Both the position numbers and the translations under genes were made by a program. Below, in pieces: positions 32,836 through 45,378 of a stretch of 64,000 nt of DNA (position 1 is the stretch's first letter; each line of letters opens with the position of its first letter). The notes beneath the pieces were generated by a model that saw only the letters and a program-made list of their open reading frames with translations, ran no database searches and was not told where the DNA came from. The DNA is taken from positions 5,712,613 to 5,776,612 of the forward strand of contig CAVNZM010000008.1 in NCBI GenBank assembly GCA_963693365.1, in the 5' to 3' direction. The DNA is from Amoebidium appalachense (taxonomy: Eukaryota > Protista > Ichthyosporea).

Positions 32836-34302
32836 TGTGGGTAGTTATTGAAAAAACCAATAATGTCTAGGTAACATACTATGTACATATACTATGCTAC
32901 AAAGGGGGTTCTATACGAGCTACAACGTTGTGTTTTTTTCGTGTGACCCTCGTACTCCAGGGGCACATTCACCATCCCCCCCATAAACTTTGTGGTAAAG
33001 TTCTCGTGCTAGAAGCTGTTCTGTGGGTAGTTATTGAAAAAACGAATAATGTCTAGGTAACACATGTACATATGCTATGCTACAAGGGGGGTTCTATTCG
33101 AGCTACAATGTTGTGTTTTTTTTGTGTGACCCTCGTACTCCAGGGGCACATTCACCATCCCCCCCATAAACTTTGTGGTAAATCTCTCGTGCTAGAGGCT
33201 GTTCTGTGGGTAGTTATTGAAAAACCAATAATGTCTAGGTAACATATGTACATATACTATGCTACAAGGGGGGTTCTATACGAGCTACAACGTTGTGTTT
33301 TTTTCGTGTGACCCTCCGACTCCAGGGGCACATTCACAATCCCCCCCATAAACTTTGTGGTAAAGTTATCGTGCTAGAAGCTGTTCTGTGGGTAGTTATT
33401 GAAAAACCAATAATGTCTAGGTAACACATGTACATATACTATGCTACAAGGGGGGTTCTATATGAGCTACAACGTTGTTTTTTTTTCGTGTGACCCTCGT
33501 ACTCCAGGGGCACATTCACCATCCCCCCCATAAACTTTGTGGTAAAGGGCTCGTGCTAGAAGCTGTTCTGTGGGTAGTTATTGAAAAAACCAATAATGTC
33601 TAGGTAACACATGTACATTTACTATGCTACAAGGGGGGTTCTATTCGAGCTACAATGTTGTGTTTTTTTCGTGTGACCTTCGTACTCCAGGGGCACATTC
33701 ACCATCCCCCTCATAAACTTTGTGGTAAAGGTCTCGTGCCAGAAGCTGTTCTGTGGGTAGTTATTGAAAAACCAATAATGTCTAGGTAACATATGTACAT
33801 ATACTATGCTACAAGGGGGGTTCTATACGAGCTACAACGTTGTGTTTTTTTCGTGTGACCCTCGTACTCCAGGGGCACATTCACCATCCCCCCCATAAAC
33901 TTTGTGGTAAAGGTCTCGTGCCAGAAGCTGTTCTGTGGGTAGTTATTGAAAAAACCAATATTGCCTAGGTAACACATGTACATGTACATATACTATGCTA
34001 CAAGGGGGGTTCTATTCGAGCTACAATGTTGTGTTTTTTTCGTGTGACCCTCGTACTCCAGGGGCACATTCACCATCCCCCTCATAAACTTTGTGGTAAA
34101 TCTCTCGTGCTAGAGGCTGTTCTGTGGGTAGTTATTGAAAAACCAATAATGTCTAGGTAACATATGTACATATACTATGCTACAAGGGGGGTTCTATACG
34201 AGCTACAACGTTGTGTTTTTTTCGTGTGACCCTCGTACTCCAGGGGCACATTCACCATCCCCCATAAACTGTGTGGTAAATGTCTCGTGCTAGAAGCTGT
34301 TC
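32836..34302. repeat. tandem array of eight ~182-189-bp units
   Basis: Unit starts (tgtgggtagttattgaaaa) at 32836, 33022, 33205, 33387, 33569, 33752, 33934 and 34123. Units are near identical. Confidence 0.95.
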
Positions 34303-34360
34303 TGTGTCTGATGTGTGGATGTCTGTGTATGTTGTGTGTGTGTGCATGTCTGTGTGTGTG

Positions 34361-34523
34361 TATGTGCTCAGTTGAAAGGGAAGGGGGGGGAGAGGGGGGA
34401 TGCACCGTGTGTGTGCATGTGTGCACGTGTGTGTGTGTGTGCTCTGTGGAGAGGGAAGGGGAGGGGGGAAATGCACCGTGTGTGTGCATGTGTGTGTGTG
34501 TGTGTGTGCGTGTTTGTGTCTGT

Positions 34524-34555
<32 letters not shown>

Positions 34556-35186
34556 TGTGTGTTTGTGTGTGTGTGCATGTCTGTGTGCATCGTGTGTGGT
34601 GTGTGTGTGTGTGTGTGCATGTCTGTGCATGTGTGCATGTGCTCGGTGGAGAGGGAAGGGGAAGGGGGGGATTCGTGTCCGTGCATGTGTGCATGTGTGC
34701 ATGTGTGTGTGCATGTGTGTGTGTGTGTGTGTGTGTGTGCATGTATGTGTGTGTGTATGTGCTCAGTTGAGAGGGAAGGAGAGAGGGGGGATGCACCGTG
34801 TGTGTGCATGTGTGCACGTGTGTGTGTGTGTGCTTTGTGGAGAGGGAAGGGGAGGGGGGAAATGCACCGTGTGTGTGCATGTGTGTGTGTGTGTGTGTGT
34901 GTGCGTGTGTGTGTGTTGTGTGTTTGTGTTGGTGTGTGCATGTCTGTGTGCATCGTGTGTGTTGTGTGTGTGTGTGTGTGCATGTCTGTGCATGTGTGCA
35001 TGTGCTCGGTGGAGAGGGAAGGGGAAGGGGGGGATTCGTGGCCGTGCATGTGTGCATGTGTGCATGTGTGTGTGTGTGTGTGTGTGCGTGTGTGTGTGTG
35101 TGTGTGCGCATGTATGTGTGTGTGTATGTGCTCAGTTGAGAGGGAAGGGGAGGGGGGGGATGCACCGTGTGTGTGCATGTGTGCAT
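34361..35186. repeat. higher-order tandem repeat (~370-395 bp, ~2.2 copies) built from TG microsatellite and G-rich blocks
   Basis: Anchor tatgtgctcagttga.agggaagg at ~34361, ~34757 and ~35126. Confidence 0.85.
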
Positions 35187-35231
35187 GTTAATGCAAAGTA
35201 CACACGGGGGAGTCCGTAGAATTTTTTTCCC

Positions 35232-35264
<33 letters not shown>

Positions 35265-35717
35265 CATGATCGGGGAATTTCAGTGTTTTCTCCAGTCCCG
35301 CATGCAACATACCAGCCTTCGTATTCAAAAAACCCAAACACCCTTTCCTTTAGCAAGTAGCTGACTTTCTCACCACCAAACGTAGATGGGGGTGGGGGGG
35401 GAGTGCCCACGTTCACCCACACATCCCCACGGGCATTTGCCGGGCCCATCAGGGGGGGTCCAAGAGGGGGGGGGGGGTCATTCTATAGTGTGCATGTGTT
35501 GTGGAGGGTATTTGAAACGTGCAAAAACCCTCAGAATGGACGGATTTCGATGCAGTTTTTTTTGTTTTCCCAATGGGAAGGTACGTTAATGCAAAGTACA
35601 CACGGGGGAGTCCATAGGAGTTTTTCCCGACGGACGGGGGGACGTGATCGGGGAATTTCAAGAAGAAAAATCTAAAATCTCAATATCTGCCAAAACCCTC
35701 CGAATGGACGGGGGGAA

Positions 35718-35753
<36 letters not shown>

Positions 35754-35846
35754 GAGGGGGGGGGGGGGGGGGGGGGCTTTTATGTTTTGACCCACTTTCC
35801 TCTCGGGGGTCATCAGACTATACCATGACACACACGCAAGAGTATA

Positions 35847-35879
<33 letters not shown>

Positions 35880-36104
35880 CTTCCCCCCCTTTCTCCTTCC
35901 CCCCCCCCACACCACCATTACCACCACCCCACCCACCCACCCACCCTTACCCCACCCTCTTTCAACAACTAACAAAAAAAAATGTATATATGCACACACG
36001 AACTTACGCATACATGCTTACATGTGCCCAGGTGCCTGCAAGCCCGCATGTACTCACACACGTATACAACTACATACACACACACACACACACACACACA
36101 GACA

Positions 36105-36139
<35 letters not shown>

Positions 36140-36454
36140 CCACACACACAGTGACCATTGGAGCCAAACTGCTCTCCCTCATTGGCCAGTGCATTGGCAC
36201 CCCCGTCGCCCTCACAATGGGGTCGGCGAAATCGTGCCGTGACTTTTGCGCAAACACTGCAAACTGCAAATATTTCAGCTACAGCTTTACGGCCGGGAAG
36301 GGGGGGTTTCACAGCTTCTGCTGGGTTTATGCAAATCGCCCCATTGGGCCCCCCTGATCCCGGCACAGACGTTGCCTCCTATCAGCTGATAGGTATCTCT
36401 TCTCCTGAATAGAGCCCCCTCCTCCGCCCCCTTCTCCCCCCTTCCCCCCCCTCT

Positions 36455-36499
<45 letters not shown>

Positions 36500-36525
36500 C
36501 CCCCCCCCTCCCTCCTCCCCCCCCC

Positions 36526-36572
<47 letters not shown>

Positions 36573-37465
36573 GTTTCTGTTCCCCCCCCCCCTCTCTCAC
36601 CCCCTTCTCCCCCTCTGTCTCTCTCCCTGTTTCTCCAATCTCCCTGCCCAGCACACCCTCTCCCTCTCTGCCCCTTCCCCCTTCCCCCCCAAACAGAGAC
36701 CCCCCGATGGTGAGAGTGCCTGCACGGTGATTTCTTTTCTTGTTTTTTCTTGTATCATAGTTTTTGTGCATCTTGGTGTCTTTGTTGCACGTGTGCCGCC
36801 CTCTAACACATGCAGGCATTCCCCCCCCCCCTTCCCCCCCTCGATTCACTCTACAGACTGCAGACTGCAAACCCCCCCCCCCCCCCCCCCCCCAACCCCC
36901 CACCCCCTCGATTTGCTCTTACAGACTGCAAATCCGGGCTGCACGATTGCACAAGTACCGAAATTTGTGTGGATCGAAAGGGGGGAACCATGGCATACTA
37001 CGAGTGTGTTGCCCCACTCTACCCAACAATAACAAACACGTGCGCAGGTGTGTATCCCACGAAATTTCAAATACTGTCATTAGAACCCCTCCCCCTCCCG
37101 TCTCCACCCTTCAGGTTGAGGGAAGCCTATGACCCCCCCCCCCTCCCCCCCCCCCTCCCCCCCCCTCCCCCCCCCCCCCCCCCCCCGCCCCCCGCCCCAT
37201 CTCCCCCCACTCAGATAATGGCAGTGTGCAGGTGGGTACCAGACTCGATTCAACAGGTCTCCCTTAATGAAAGCCCCAACCTCTCACAAGCTCTTCCTTA
37301 AAGGAATGCACCAACACCTCATCAGTTCTCCCTTAAAGAAAGCACCCACCTGTGCACATGTCACCCTAATATGGTAACCCTTCTCCCCTTAAAGCAGAGC
37401 ACTCACAAAAACAATCACTTGCTGTGCCACGAAGAGGCCTCTAATTACCTTACCACAGCGTCATC

Positions 37466-37505
<40 letters not shown>

Positions 37506-37848
37506 CTACATTAGGCTAATGTCCCACAGTATCCATTCTTTTCTTTCTAAATAAGGTTAGGGGGGTTTACGCTGTTTACTCGAGGCAAAGAGAACCAGTC
37601 TCAGGTATGGGGGGGGGGGGTTTGCTCGGAATATCCCCTCAGCGGTATATCATGATCACGTACATAGATGTCGGGTGGTGACTATATATCAGGGTTTACT
37701 TTCTCTACGAGACACCATAAAGACTACAAGGAGAAATCAATTAGTTGGGGTTCCCCGTTTTTTTTATTTTTTTATTATTTTTTTTTTATTTTTTATTTTT
37801 TTTTTTTTTTTAAAGGGGCTCCCCCTCGGGACACTCGGTATCAGCTGG

Positions 37849-37891
<43 letters not shown>

Positions 37892-37911
37892 TGTGTGTGT
37901 GTGCGCGTGCG

Positions 37912-40900
37912 CTATAATTTTGTAGTGATGTGTTTCTCAAGCCAATCAATACATCTAATAAACAGGTCGTAGTTACGCGTGTTTAGTATAAAATCAAGGA
38001 TGTTGTAATTTACAGGTAGGCTATCTTTCTGGGTGTCTGTTGTGAATGTGACGTGTGTGTGTTGCGGTATTATGTGGTCTATCAAACTACATTTGGCGAT
38101 ACATGACCGGTTAAACTGGTGTGTGTGTGTGTTGTTTGGGCATGCAAATGATGCCACCTTATACTTATTAGATCTCCACTGTATAGCACGTGTACAGTAA
38201 AAGCGTGGTAATTGATCAATAATACCATCAGCTAGAGAAAGACCAGTTCTACAGGAAGGTAATATGTATTTAGGTGTTATACACTTGCGAGTGCCATATT
38301 TGGCAATATGGTTGAGGCGGTCAGTATATATAAAACGAGACATAAGGCTTAGTTTTTCAAGGTGTATGCTTTCATCGGGTCTAGTGTCGTGTGGTATCTT
38401 TTTCCATTTGTTATATTGCGTGATTATCTTGTGATTGTGTACATGTTTAATAAGTAAGTGGCAGTCCAAAGTCACACACACACTATTGCGGGGTTTATTT
38501 GTATTTGTGCCCAGGGGAGAAGGGGAGAGAGAGGGGAGGAAAGAGGGGAGAGGTGAGGAGGGGACAGGTCGGATAGAGAAGAGAGGGTGGGAGGGCAAAT
38601 ACTTCTTTAAGCGGCTTATGTGCTTATTGAATTTCAGCGCGAGATAGGATACTCTAGCAGCTATTGGGACCAGACCATATATCGAGAGCGTTACAGGCCC
38701 AGGTTTACAACAGTTGTTAGATAGAAAGGAGGCAACTTCTGCTTCAAGGAAATTTGCCAAGGGTTTAAGCGCTCTAGTTCTCTCTTTCTTGATCCAAGCG
38801 GCGAGAAGGGGTAAACCATATTCACATGCCGGGAAGACAAAAGTGCGAATAAATGTAAGTCTAATAGAAGGATGGAGGGGTGTGTCTTTAAAAATATTAG
38901 CCGAGAAGAAAGCTAACCGCTTACGAGCCAACTCTACCCTCTTTTCGACCATATGGGGAAACATAACACCAACAGAATCAACCGGAACACCAAGATATTT
39001 GTATTCTGGAACTATAGGTACAGGTTTAGATGATAATGTAAATGTGTGTAAATTGTTAGCTATATCAGGTACAAGAACACCACATTTGTCTATGTTAAGG
39101 ATCATAAGGTTTGCCTTGCACCACTCTGACACTACATCGAACAATCTTTGCAGGCGTCTAGGGGTACGGGCAAGGAGGGACAGATCATCAGCATAGAGAA
39201 GTGCAGGCGGAAAGTTATTAATAGGGTCATCGTTTTCGGCGTAAATCTTGACAGCCAAATCATCTATAAATAGGTTAAACAAAAAGGGGCTAAGCAATGA
39301 ACCCTGCAAGAGACCTCTAGTACGAGCAAAACCATATGAAAGATGCCCATTAACCACAGCTCTACCATAGGTTTGAGACAAGAGTGCTTCTAACAGAACA
39401 CCAATGCAGTGTGGTACACCCCGTGCAGCAAGCTTTTCCCATAGGAGACCAGGGGAGACAGAATCGTAAGCAGTTTTCCAATCAATAAAGCCAACATATT
39501 GTGCACCAACTTGCATAGAATCGTGCAGTGCCATTATTTGAACATAACATGAATTGTTTTTACGAAAAGCGGATTGGCATGGGTGTATGTGAAGAATAGA
39601 TTGAAACCTAGGGTGATGTGCAAATAACCTAAGTAAGCAAGCTTCAAAGAATCTACGAACAACCTGGGTTAGTGTAATGGGGCGAAAGGATGATATGGGG
39701 CCCTCAGAGTCCTTCTTAACTATGGGGATCACTAAGGTATCTAACCAAGATGACGGGACATGTCCACATTTAACACACCAAGAAAAGAGAGAGCTTAACA
39801 TGATAGTAAGATCAGGTTTAATAGCACGATCACTTTCCTTTTGTGGGTAGGAGGGAACAAGGATTTTAAGAAACCCAGCAGGGAGTCCATCAGGTCCACA
39901 AGACTTACTAGAGCTATAACTAGATATCACAGACCATATGGCATCGGGACTGAAAAAGGGGAGGATCGATTCTATGGGGATAGATGGGTCTACAGGCCAC
40001 ACAATAGGTTTCTGAGCGGGGGTCCTATCTTTAAACAGTTCCGAGAAATACTTATCAGAGTCTATGAGGGGGTCTCCAGTGGTATCACCAATAATACGAG
40101 CAGGGGGGCCAAATCGATTCATACTAGCAAGCCGGCGCAAGCTTTCCTTTTGAGACAGGGGTTCACCTAGTCTAGCGGGAGTGGTGTTTGGTAACAAGAG
40201 AGCATCGGGATATTCCTTCCTACCACCGCCAGCATAATCACCGAGATCTATCAAATCATCAACAATAAAGTTAGTGCATGTATCTAGTACGAGATGTGAA
40301 TCTGGCCTGGCTTGTGCAGATTCTAATAGGCGCATATATATAGGGTGTTTCGTAGCATAGCATACACATACATCAACTCTACCCCACTGTGACTTAAGCT
40401 GGGATAGACGGAGGCGAAAGGTGGGAGGGGGAGGGGGGAGCAGATCAAGGGAGATCTTAGGTAGGAAAAGGATAGGAGAGTGGTCAGATGACCTAGAGAG
40501 GTTAGGAGGGAGAGAGAGTTTTGACATGGTTGATGGCCAAAAGGCCACTCCCCAGTCGGTGTTGTGGGCATGGGATATTTGAGGGAACCGCAAAGTGTGA
40601 CTTTGGACATACCTTGCTAAAGGGATAGCACGCTCCGGGGGCTTAGATGGGTACCCGACACTCACTTGCAGTGTGTCTGTGTGGTGGAGTCGCGTGTTAA
40701 AATCACCTAAAATAACAGTGGACATTGGTAACTGTGACAACTCGTGAGTCAATTCGACAACCGACATAGATGGTGGGTAATATACAAAAGTAAAAACATT
40801 AGAAAGAAACTCTATAGAAACCGAGAATTCCGTTTTTGCTACCGGTTTGCACTTCACTCTCACGTGTGGTGCGGCAAGTACAATAATGCCTCGGTTTTTC

Positions 40901-41106
40901 GCGTAACCGGGGTGTGTGGATGTGTCGACCAATGTAGAGTTGAATTTGTGGTGGTTTTTAAACTGTGTTTCGCAAATCACTGTAAACGTGTGGTTGTTTG
41001 TCTGTTGTTGTATGTAGCTGATTTTATCGTCGAGTGTCCCGGGGGGGAGGCCCTTTTGGGGGCCCAGTGTCCGAGCATTCCAGAAGAAGAAGGATAAATT
41101 AGGCAT
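37912..41106 (-). CDS. LINE ORF2 endonuclease/reverse transcriptase, 1064 aa, intact
   Basis: Translation appears identical to 24154-27348. Confidence 0.96.
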   Translation of the reverse strand: MPNLSFFFWNARTLGPQKGLPPGTLDDKISYIQQQTNNHTFTVICETQFKNHHKFNSTLVDTSTHPGYAKNRGIIVLAAPHVRVKCKPVAKTEFSVSIEFLSNVFTFVYYPPSMSVVELTHELSQLPMSTVILGDFNTRLHHTDTLQVSVGYPSKPPERAIPLARYVQSHTLRFPQISHAHNTDWGVAFWPSTMSKLSLPPNLSRSSDHSPILFLPKISLDLLPPPPPTFRLRLSQLKSQWGRVDVCVCYATKHPIYMRLLESAQARPDSHLVLDTCTNFIVDDLIDLGDYAGGGRKEYPDALLLPNTTPARLGEPLSQKESLRRLASMNRFGPPARIIGDTTGDPLIDSDKYFSELFKDRTPAQKPIVWPVDPSIPIESILPFFSPDAIWSVISSYSSSKSCGPDGLPAGFLKILVPSYPQKESDRAIKPDLTIMLSSLFSWCVKCGHVPSSWLDTLVIPIVKKDSEGPISSFRPITLTQVVRRFFEACLLRLFAHHPRFQSILHIHPCQSAFRKNNSCYVQIMALHDSMQVGAQYVGFIDWKTAYDSVSPGLLWEKLAARGVPHCIGVLLEALLSQTYGRAVVNGHLSYGFARTRGLLQGSLLSPFLFNLFIDDLAVKIYAENDDPINNFPPALLYADDLSLLARTPRRLQRLFDVVSEWCKANLMILNIDKCGVLVPDIANNLHTFTLSSKPVPIVPEYKYLGVPVDSVGVMFPHMVEKRVELARKRLAFFSANIFKDTPLHPSIRLTFIRTFVFPACEYGLPLLAAWIKKERTRALKPLANFLEAEVASFLSNNCCKPGPVTLSIYGLVPIAARVSYLALKFNKHISRLKKYLPSHPLFSIRPVPSSPLPSFLPSLSPSPLGTNTNKPRNSVCVTLDCHLLIKHVHNHKIITQYNKWKKIPHDTRPDESIHLEKLSLMSRFIYTDRLNHIAKYGTRKCITPKYILPSCRTGLSLADGIIDQLPRFYCTRAIQWRSNKYKVASFACPNNTHTHQFNRSCIAKCSLIDHIIPQHTHVTFTTDTQKDSLPVNYNILDFILNTRNYDLFIRCIDWLEKHITTKL

Positions 41107-41955
41107 CGGTTTGGTCCGACACCTGTGGGGTTGGTTCCCACTTGTCGCTTACGGGGTCGTATGCACGACCTTCCGCCAGCGCGAACAGTTCGCAGAAGAG
41201 CTCGATTTCCATCTCGCATCGGCGTTTGCGCTCGAGCAGTATCTCACCAGAAAACATTGGTTCCTTCGTGTCCGTGTCTATCACGCTCGTAGCATCGTTT
41301 TCCAACTTTGCGAGGAACTCTTTTGCCTTGCTGATGCGTACACGACAACGTGTGGCGCACGCATTCTTAGCAGACACTTTACGTTCTTTGTCTGCTTTCT
41401 GAATGTTTTCCGGCGCGCATGGGTCGTAGCTTGGGAGGTGGGTGAAGAAGCTTCCACACCCCTTTGTCGCGTCACGGATGAACGCACGGTTATAGTCGCC
41501 CCGTACTGCTACTTCCAGCACATCGTATCCAATGAAGGACAGACAAAGGATGCGAGAGCACCGGAAGCCGAGAGCCTTGAAGATGGACCACATGGCCCTG
41601 TGTGGGCGTCTGCCGTGCTTGACTTTGAAATACACCCTCTCGTATTTGGGTGGGATGTTGATGTTACCGTTTGCTTGGGTGTTCCCCTTAGCCGGCGGTT
41701 TGGGAGGGGAGTTGCGGCGGTACTCGTTGCCTGCAAGAATGCTGGCATATGTTTCCTTGGCAATTTGGCGGAGCTCGGGTGTTTTACGAGAGTTCGCATA
41801 TTCTAGGAACTCTGCCGGGAGCTGTGCTTCCGGTCCTGTGTTGTTTTGTGTTGGGGTGGAAATGTCTCCGTCGCGAGATGTTTGCTCATGAGTTTTGGGG
41901 TTTTGCGATCCACTAATGTTTAGCTGGGCTGTGAGTGAATCAATGGTGAGCTTGA
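41099..41955 (-). pseudogene. 5'-truncated LINE ORF1
   Basis: Matches the C-terminal part of ORF1 (22977-24161) and lacks the start. Confidence 0.88.
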
Positions 41956-42545
41956 ATGCCCTTCACAGACATTCGAACACCACACCCGTCCCACACGTGT
42001 ACACGCACAATGCATCTACCTACACACATGCGCTCACTGCCCTCCCCCCCCACCAAGTGCATATCCTCACGTCTTGAAGTTACCACCGGGCCTTTGGATT
42101 ACCTCATATGTTCACATGAAGCACTTAAATCTCTGTACATCGTCGTTGTATTTGCTACCTTACTGCTGTCTATGTTCATCTCCAAGGGCGTTCGACTGCA
42201 TGCTGCAATTCGCCCAGTATTTCTCCATGCAAAAACCAACTCTGATCTACACAGTAGAACAGACACTGACACAGCCCAAAAAACTACAGGTCTCAGCTCC
42301 TATTAAACTCCACTCAACATCCTTTCGAGCTGTTTCGCGTACTGTGATGATAACCACCTATTAGTTAGTTATCAGTTTCCAGCTTACTCTATGTTCAACA
42401 TTGAAATGATCTTTGCCTAAGCTAACGACTCTACTCTCCCCATAAAAAGCGCCATCTTCATCAATCAACCAGAAAACACAACCACGCAACGCAACAGGCT
42501 TCTCTTAGCTACATCATAATAATTATCAATAATACTGCCTTCCTG

Positions 42546-42985
42546 TTAGTTGGGGCCGGGTCCTCTGTGTCGAGACAAACTCCATCGTTGTTCCTTTGTT
42601 GCCCTGTGCATAGCAACGGGATCCCTTGGCTTCTGCCAGTTTGAGCAACAATACTCGTTACAAACATGCCGGCTGAAGAAGGAGTCAATGCCCGCCGGTC
42701 CGAGATCCGTCAAACCATACGTGCGTGTGCAAGAGATGATAACAGGATCGCTCAGTATGGCCCCGTCGCTGTAGATGCCACCTTGAAGGTCGCAGAGAAG
42801 CATCTGCCCACCGGTGATGTGGTATGAAAGTGGCTGATGGCTTGCATGACTCGGGGCCAGCTTGTCTCGTTGTCCGCCAACCCGTGTTAGAGTTGAACTT
42901 CACCTAGTTCTAGATGAAGGGCTCAACTAGCACTTTCTGGTCCTTTCTCGGGCCGTCGATGACATTGACAGGTCTAATCAGTTAT
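42546..42985 (-). pseudogene. alpha-kinase (eEF2K/MHCK-like) C-terminal fragment with stops and frameshifts
   Basis: VLVEPFI*N*VKFNSNTGW...WPRVMQAISHF..HITGGQMLLCDLQGGIYSDGAILSDPVI...YGLTDLGPAGIDSFFSRHVCNEYC, the canonical alpha-kinase motifs. Confidence 0.88.
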
Positions 42986-43220
42986 AATTCTCGCTCTCCC
43001 CAGGTAGAGCGTGTTTTGTACAAACCAGCTTTTTGTTTGTTTTGTTGCAAATTGTTGGGCAACTGTTTGTACTTGGTGCGATTTTGCCCTGTGATTTCAA
43101 TAGCTATGTTAGGGCATGCAAAGTGACATGTTATTGGCTGAGAGATGGCGGTTGGCTGGTTAACCGGTTCATGTTCGTGTTCGTGTTGGGTCGACCGTCG
43201 ATTCCTTCCACCCCTCCCCC

Positions 43221-43251
<31 letters not shown>

Positions 43252-43480
43252 AGAAACAACCAACCAAACAACAACAACAGCGTTAACAACAATAATAACA
43301 ACAACAACAAAGACGGTGTTATTAGTGGCTAAATCGTTAGTAAAACGGTTTAAATTAAATACTGTCACATAATATTATGTTGGTTGGTGGAACTGCTCAC
43401 ATAAATTTATAACAATAAACACGCCGCCCTCATGGTTCGAAATTCTCTCTTCTCTCCCCATTTTTCTCTTTATTCGGATC

Positions 43481-43587
<107 letters not shown>

Positions 43588-43632
43588 CCTCCCTCTTCTC
43601 TCTCTCTCCCCCCCCTCTCTCCCTCTCTCTCT

Positions 43633-43689
<57 letters not shown>

Positions 43690-43753
43690 CCCCCTCCCCC
43701 CCCCCCCTCCCTCTTCTCTCTCTCTCTCCCCTCTCTCCCTCTCTCTCCCTAGG

Positions 43754-43845
<92 letters not shown>

Positions 43846-44147
43846 CTCTCGCTCTCCTTTCCCCTCCAATTCCCCTCTATTTCCCCTGTGTCTGTCTGCC
43901 CGTCGACATCGGATCACTCCAAAGTCCTGGACTGTGTTGCGATGGGGTGTATGCCATACTTATGCTGGCAGGGTTTGTATTTTTCTAAGCGTAGGGGCTG
44001 GGGAGGTGCAATTTGATAAGGGTCATAATTCGTGGTCGTGTGCAACATTAAATATAAATTCTTTTTAGGGGGAAAAAAATAAAAAATACTCTTTTTGTAG
44101 TAAGGGGGAGGGGAGGGGGGAGGGGGGGGGGGGGGAGGGGGAGGGGG

Positions 44148-44183
<36 letters not shown>

Positions 44184-45304
44184 CGTCGAGGAGGGGTCAA
44201 GTAAAACCGCAACTGCATTTTAGCTGTACGGCTTGTACAGTTGCAGATGGAACAAATTGCTGGAAGTTTGTGATTACGATGATCATTAGTAATCCCTTTC
44301 ACGTAATAATTAAATTCTCTCAGATACTGTACAAGCAACGGTGTACCATATTAAATATCAGAAACACTGTTAGAATATATGCTCAGCTCACTGTACATGT
44401 CCAGCCTCCATAGTTCAGCGCTAAATCACGGCAGGGTGCTTTTATAGCCGGCAATTAGGCTAGATGAGTATGTGCCACTTATGACTTAAAACTACCTATT
44501 TTTTCATTATAAGGCAACAAGGTTTCCAAACTATGCAGCCGTTGCTATGTATTGTACATCTTGAATTTTCATGTGCCAAATTTGCCCCTAAGCCTAAATT
44601 GTCAATGATTCGGATCTGACACGCCCAATAAATTGAACTTCACTATACCTACAAGTCATTTCACAGAAGAACGCAACATCCCCAGCCCTAAAATCAATTA
44701 CTTAAGTAGCGACTTTCGTGTTGCCATATATGGAAGGAACTCCATTTCCATTTATGGTAGGTCCAAGATCTGCCATTTATGGTAGTCCCTCCACACCAAA
44801 CACCTTGCCGCCGGCGTCTGATTGGTTGAGCATCTGTAACCACCCGGACCCAATCTTCTCCTTGAAGTCGGGACTTTTGCGCATCTGTTTTTGCACCAAA
44901 ACCTCGTTATAATGGTTACTTCTATATAGTATCTCGCTATATTTATGAACAGCAGGAGACAAACACTATATTAAGTTCTATTTTCGGAAGCTCTGACAAA
45001 TCATATCTTCCTGTGCGAAATCACCCCACTGCGTGTACTGCTGGCAACGTCCATGATGCAGCATGTGAATGCTGAAGCAGCAAATCCCTACAAAAGGACA
45101 CACACCTAGCATTGTCGCTCAAAGCTTTAGAATTTATAGAGAGATGGGGACATAAAGACAGAAGGAGACAGACAGATAAAGAGACGGGGGGGGGGGGGGG
45201 GGAGGGGGGGGGGGAAGGGGGGGGGAGAGAGAGGGGGGGGGGAGGGAGGGGAGAGGGAGAGAGAGAGAAAGAGATGAGAGAGTGAGAGAGTGAGAGAGGG
45301 GGAT

Positions 45305-45378
<74 letters not shown>

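Larger units (their letters stand above)
32030..37047 (+). pseudogene. degenerate secreted Cys-rich modular protein gene (signal peptide, PAN/Apple exon, EGF exon)
   Basis: Signal-like MKGFLLLLAVLLSVLAC at 32030. AG/GT-bounded PAN exon 36152-36392 (CRDFCANTANCKYFSY...CWVY; 241 bp, +1 frameshift in a C run). AG/GT-bounded 123-bp EGF-like exon 36925-37047 (DCKSGLHDCTSTEICVD...YECV...TC). That these pieces form one gene is inferred. Confidence 0.5.
37561..41955 (-). mobile_element. LINE copy 2, 5'-truncated within ORF1
   Basis: Reverse complement of copy 1 from ~23306 to 27731. Same 3' terminus; no TSD evident. Confidence 0.95.

Noticed and set aside
32836-34302. CRISPR-like array
   Set aside because: Whole units are near identical with no unique spacers, the context is eukaryotic, and there are no cas genes.
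34175-35267. Long His/Thr- or Cys/Val-rich ORFs (also poly-Pro/Gly/Phe ORFs throughout)
   Set aside because: These are translations of (CA)/(TG) microsatellites and homopolymers.
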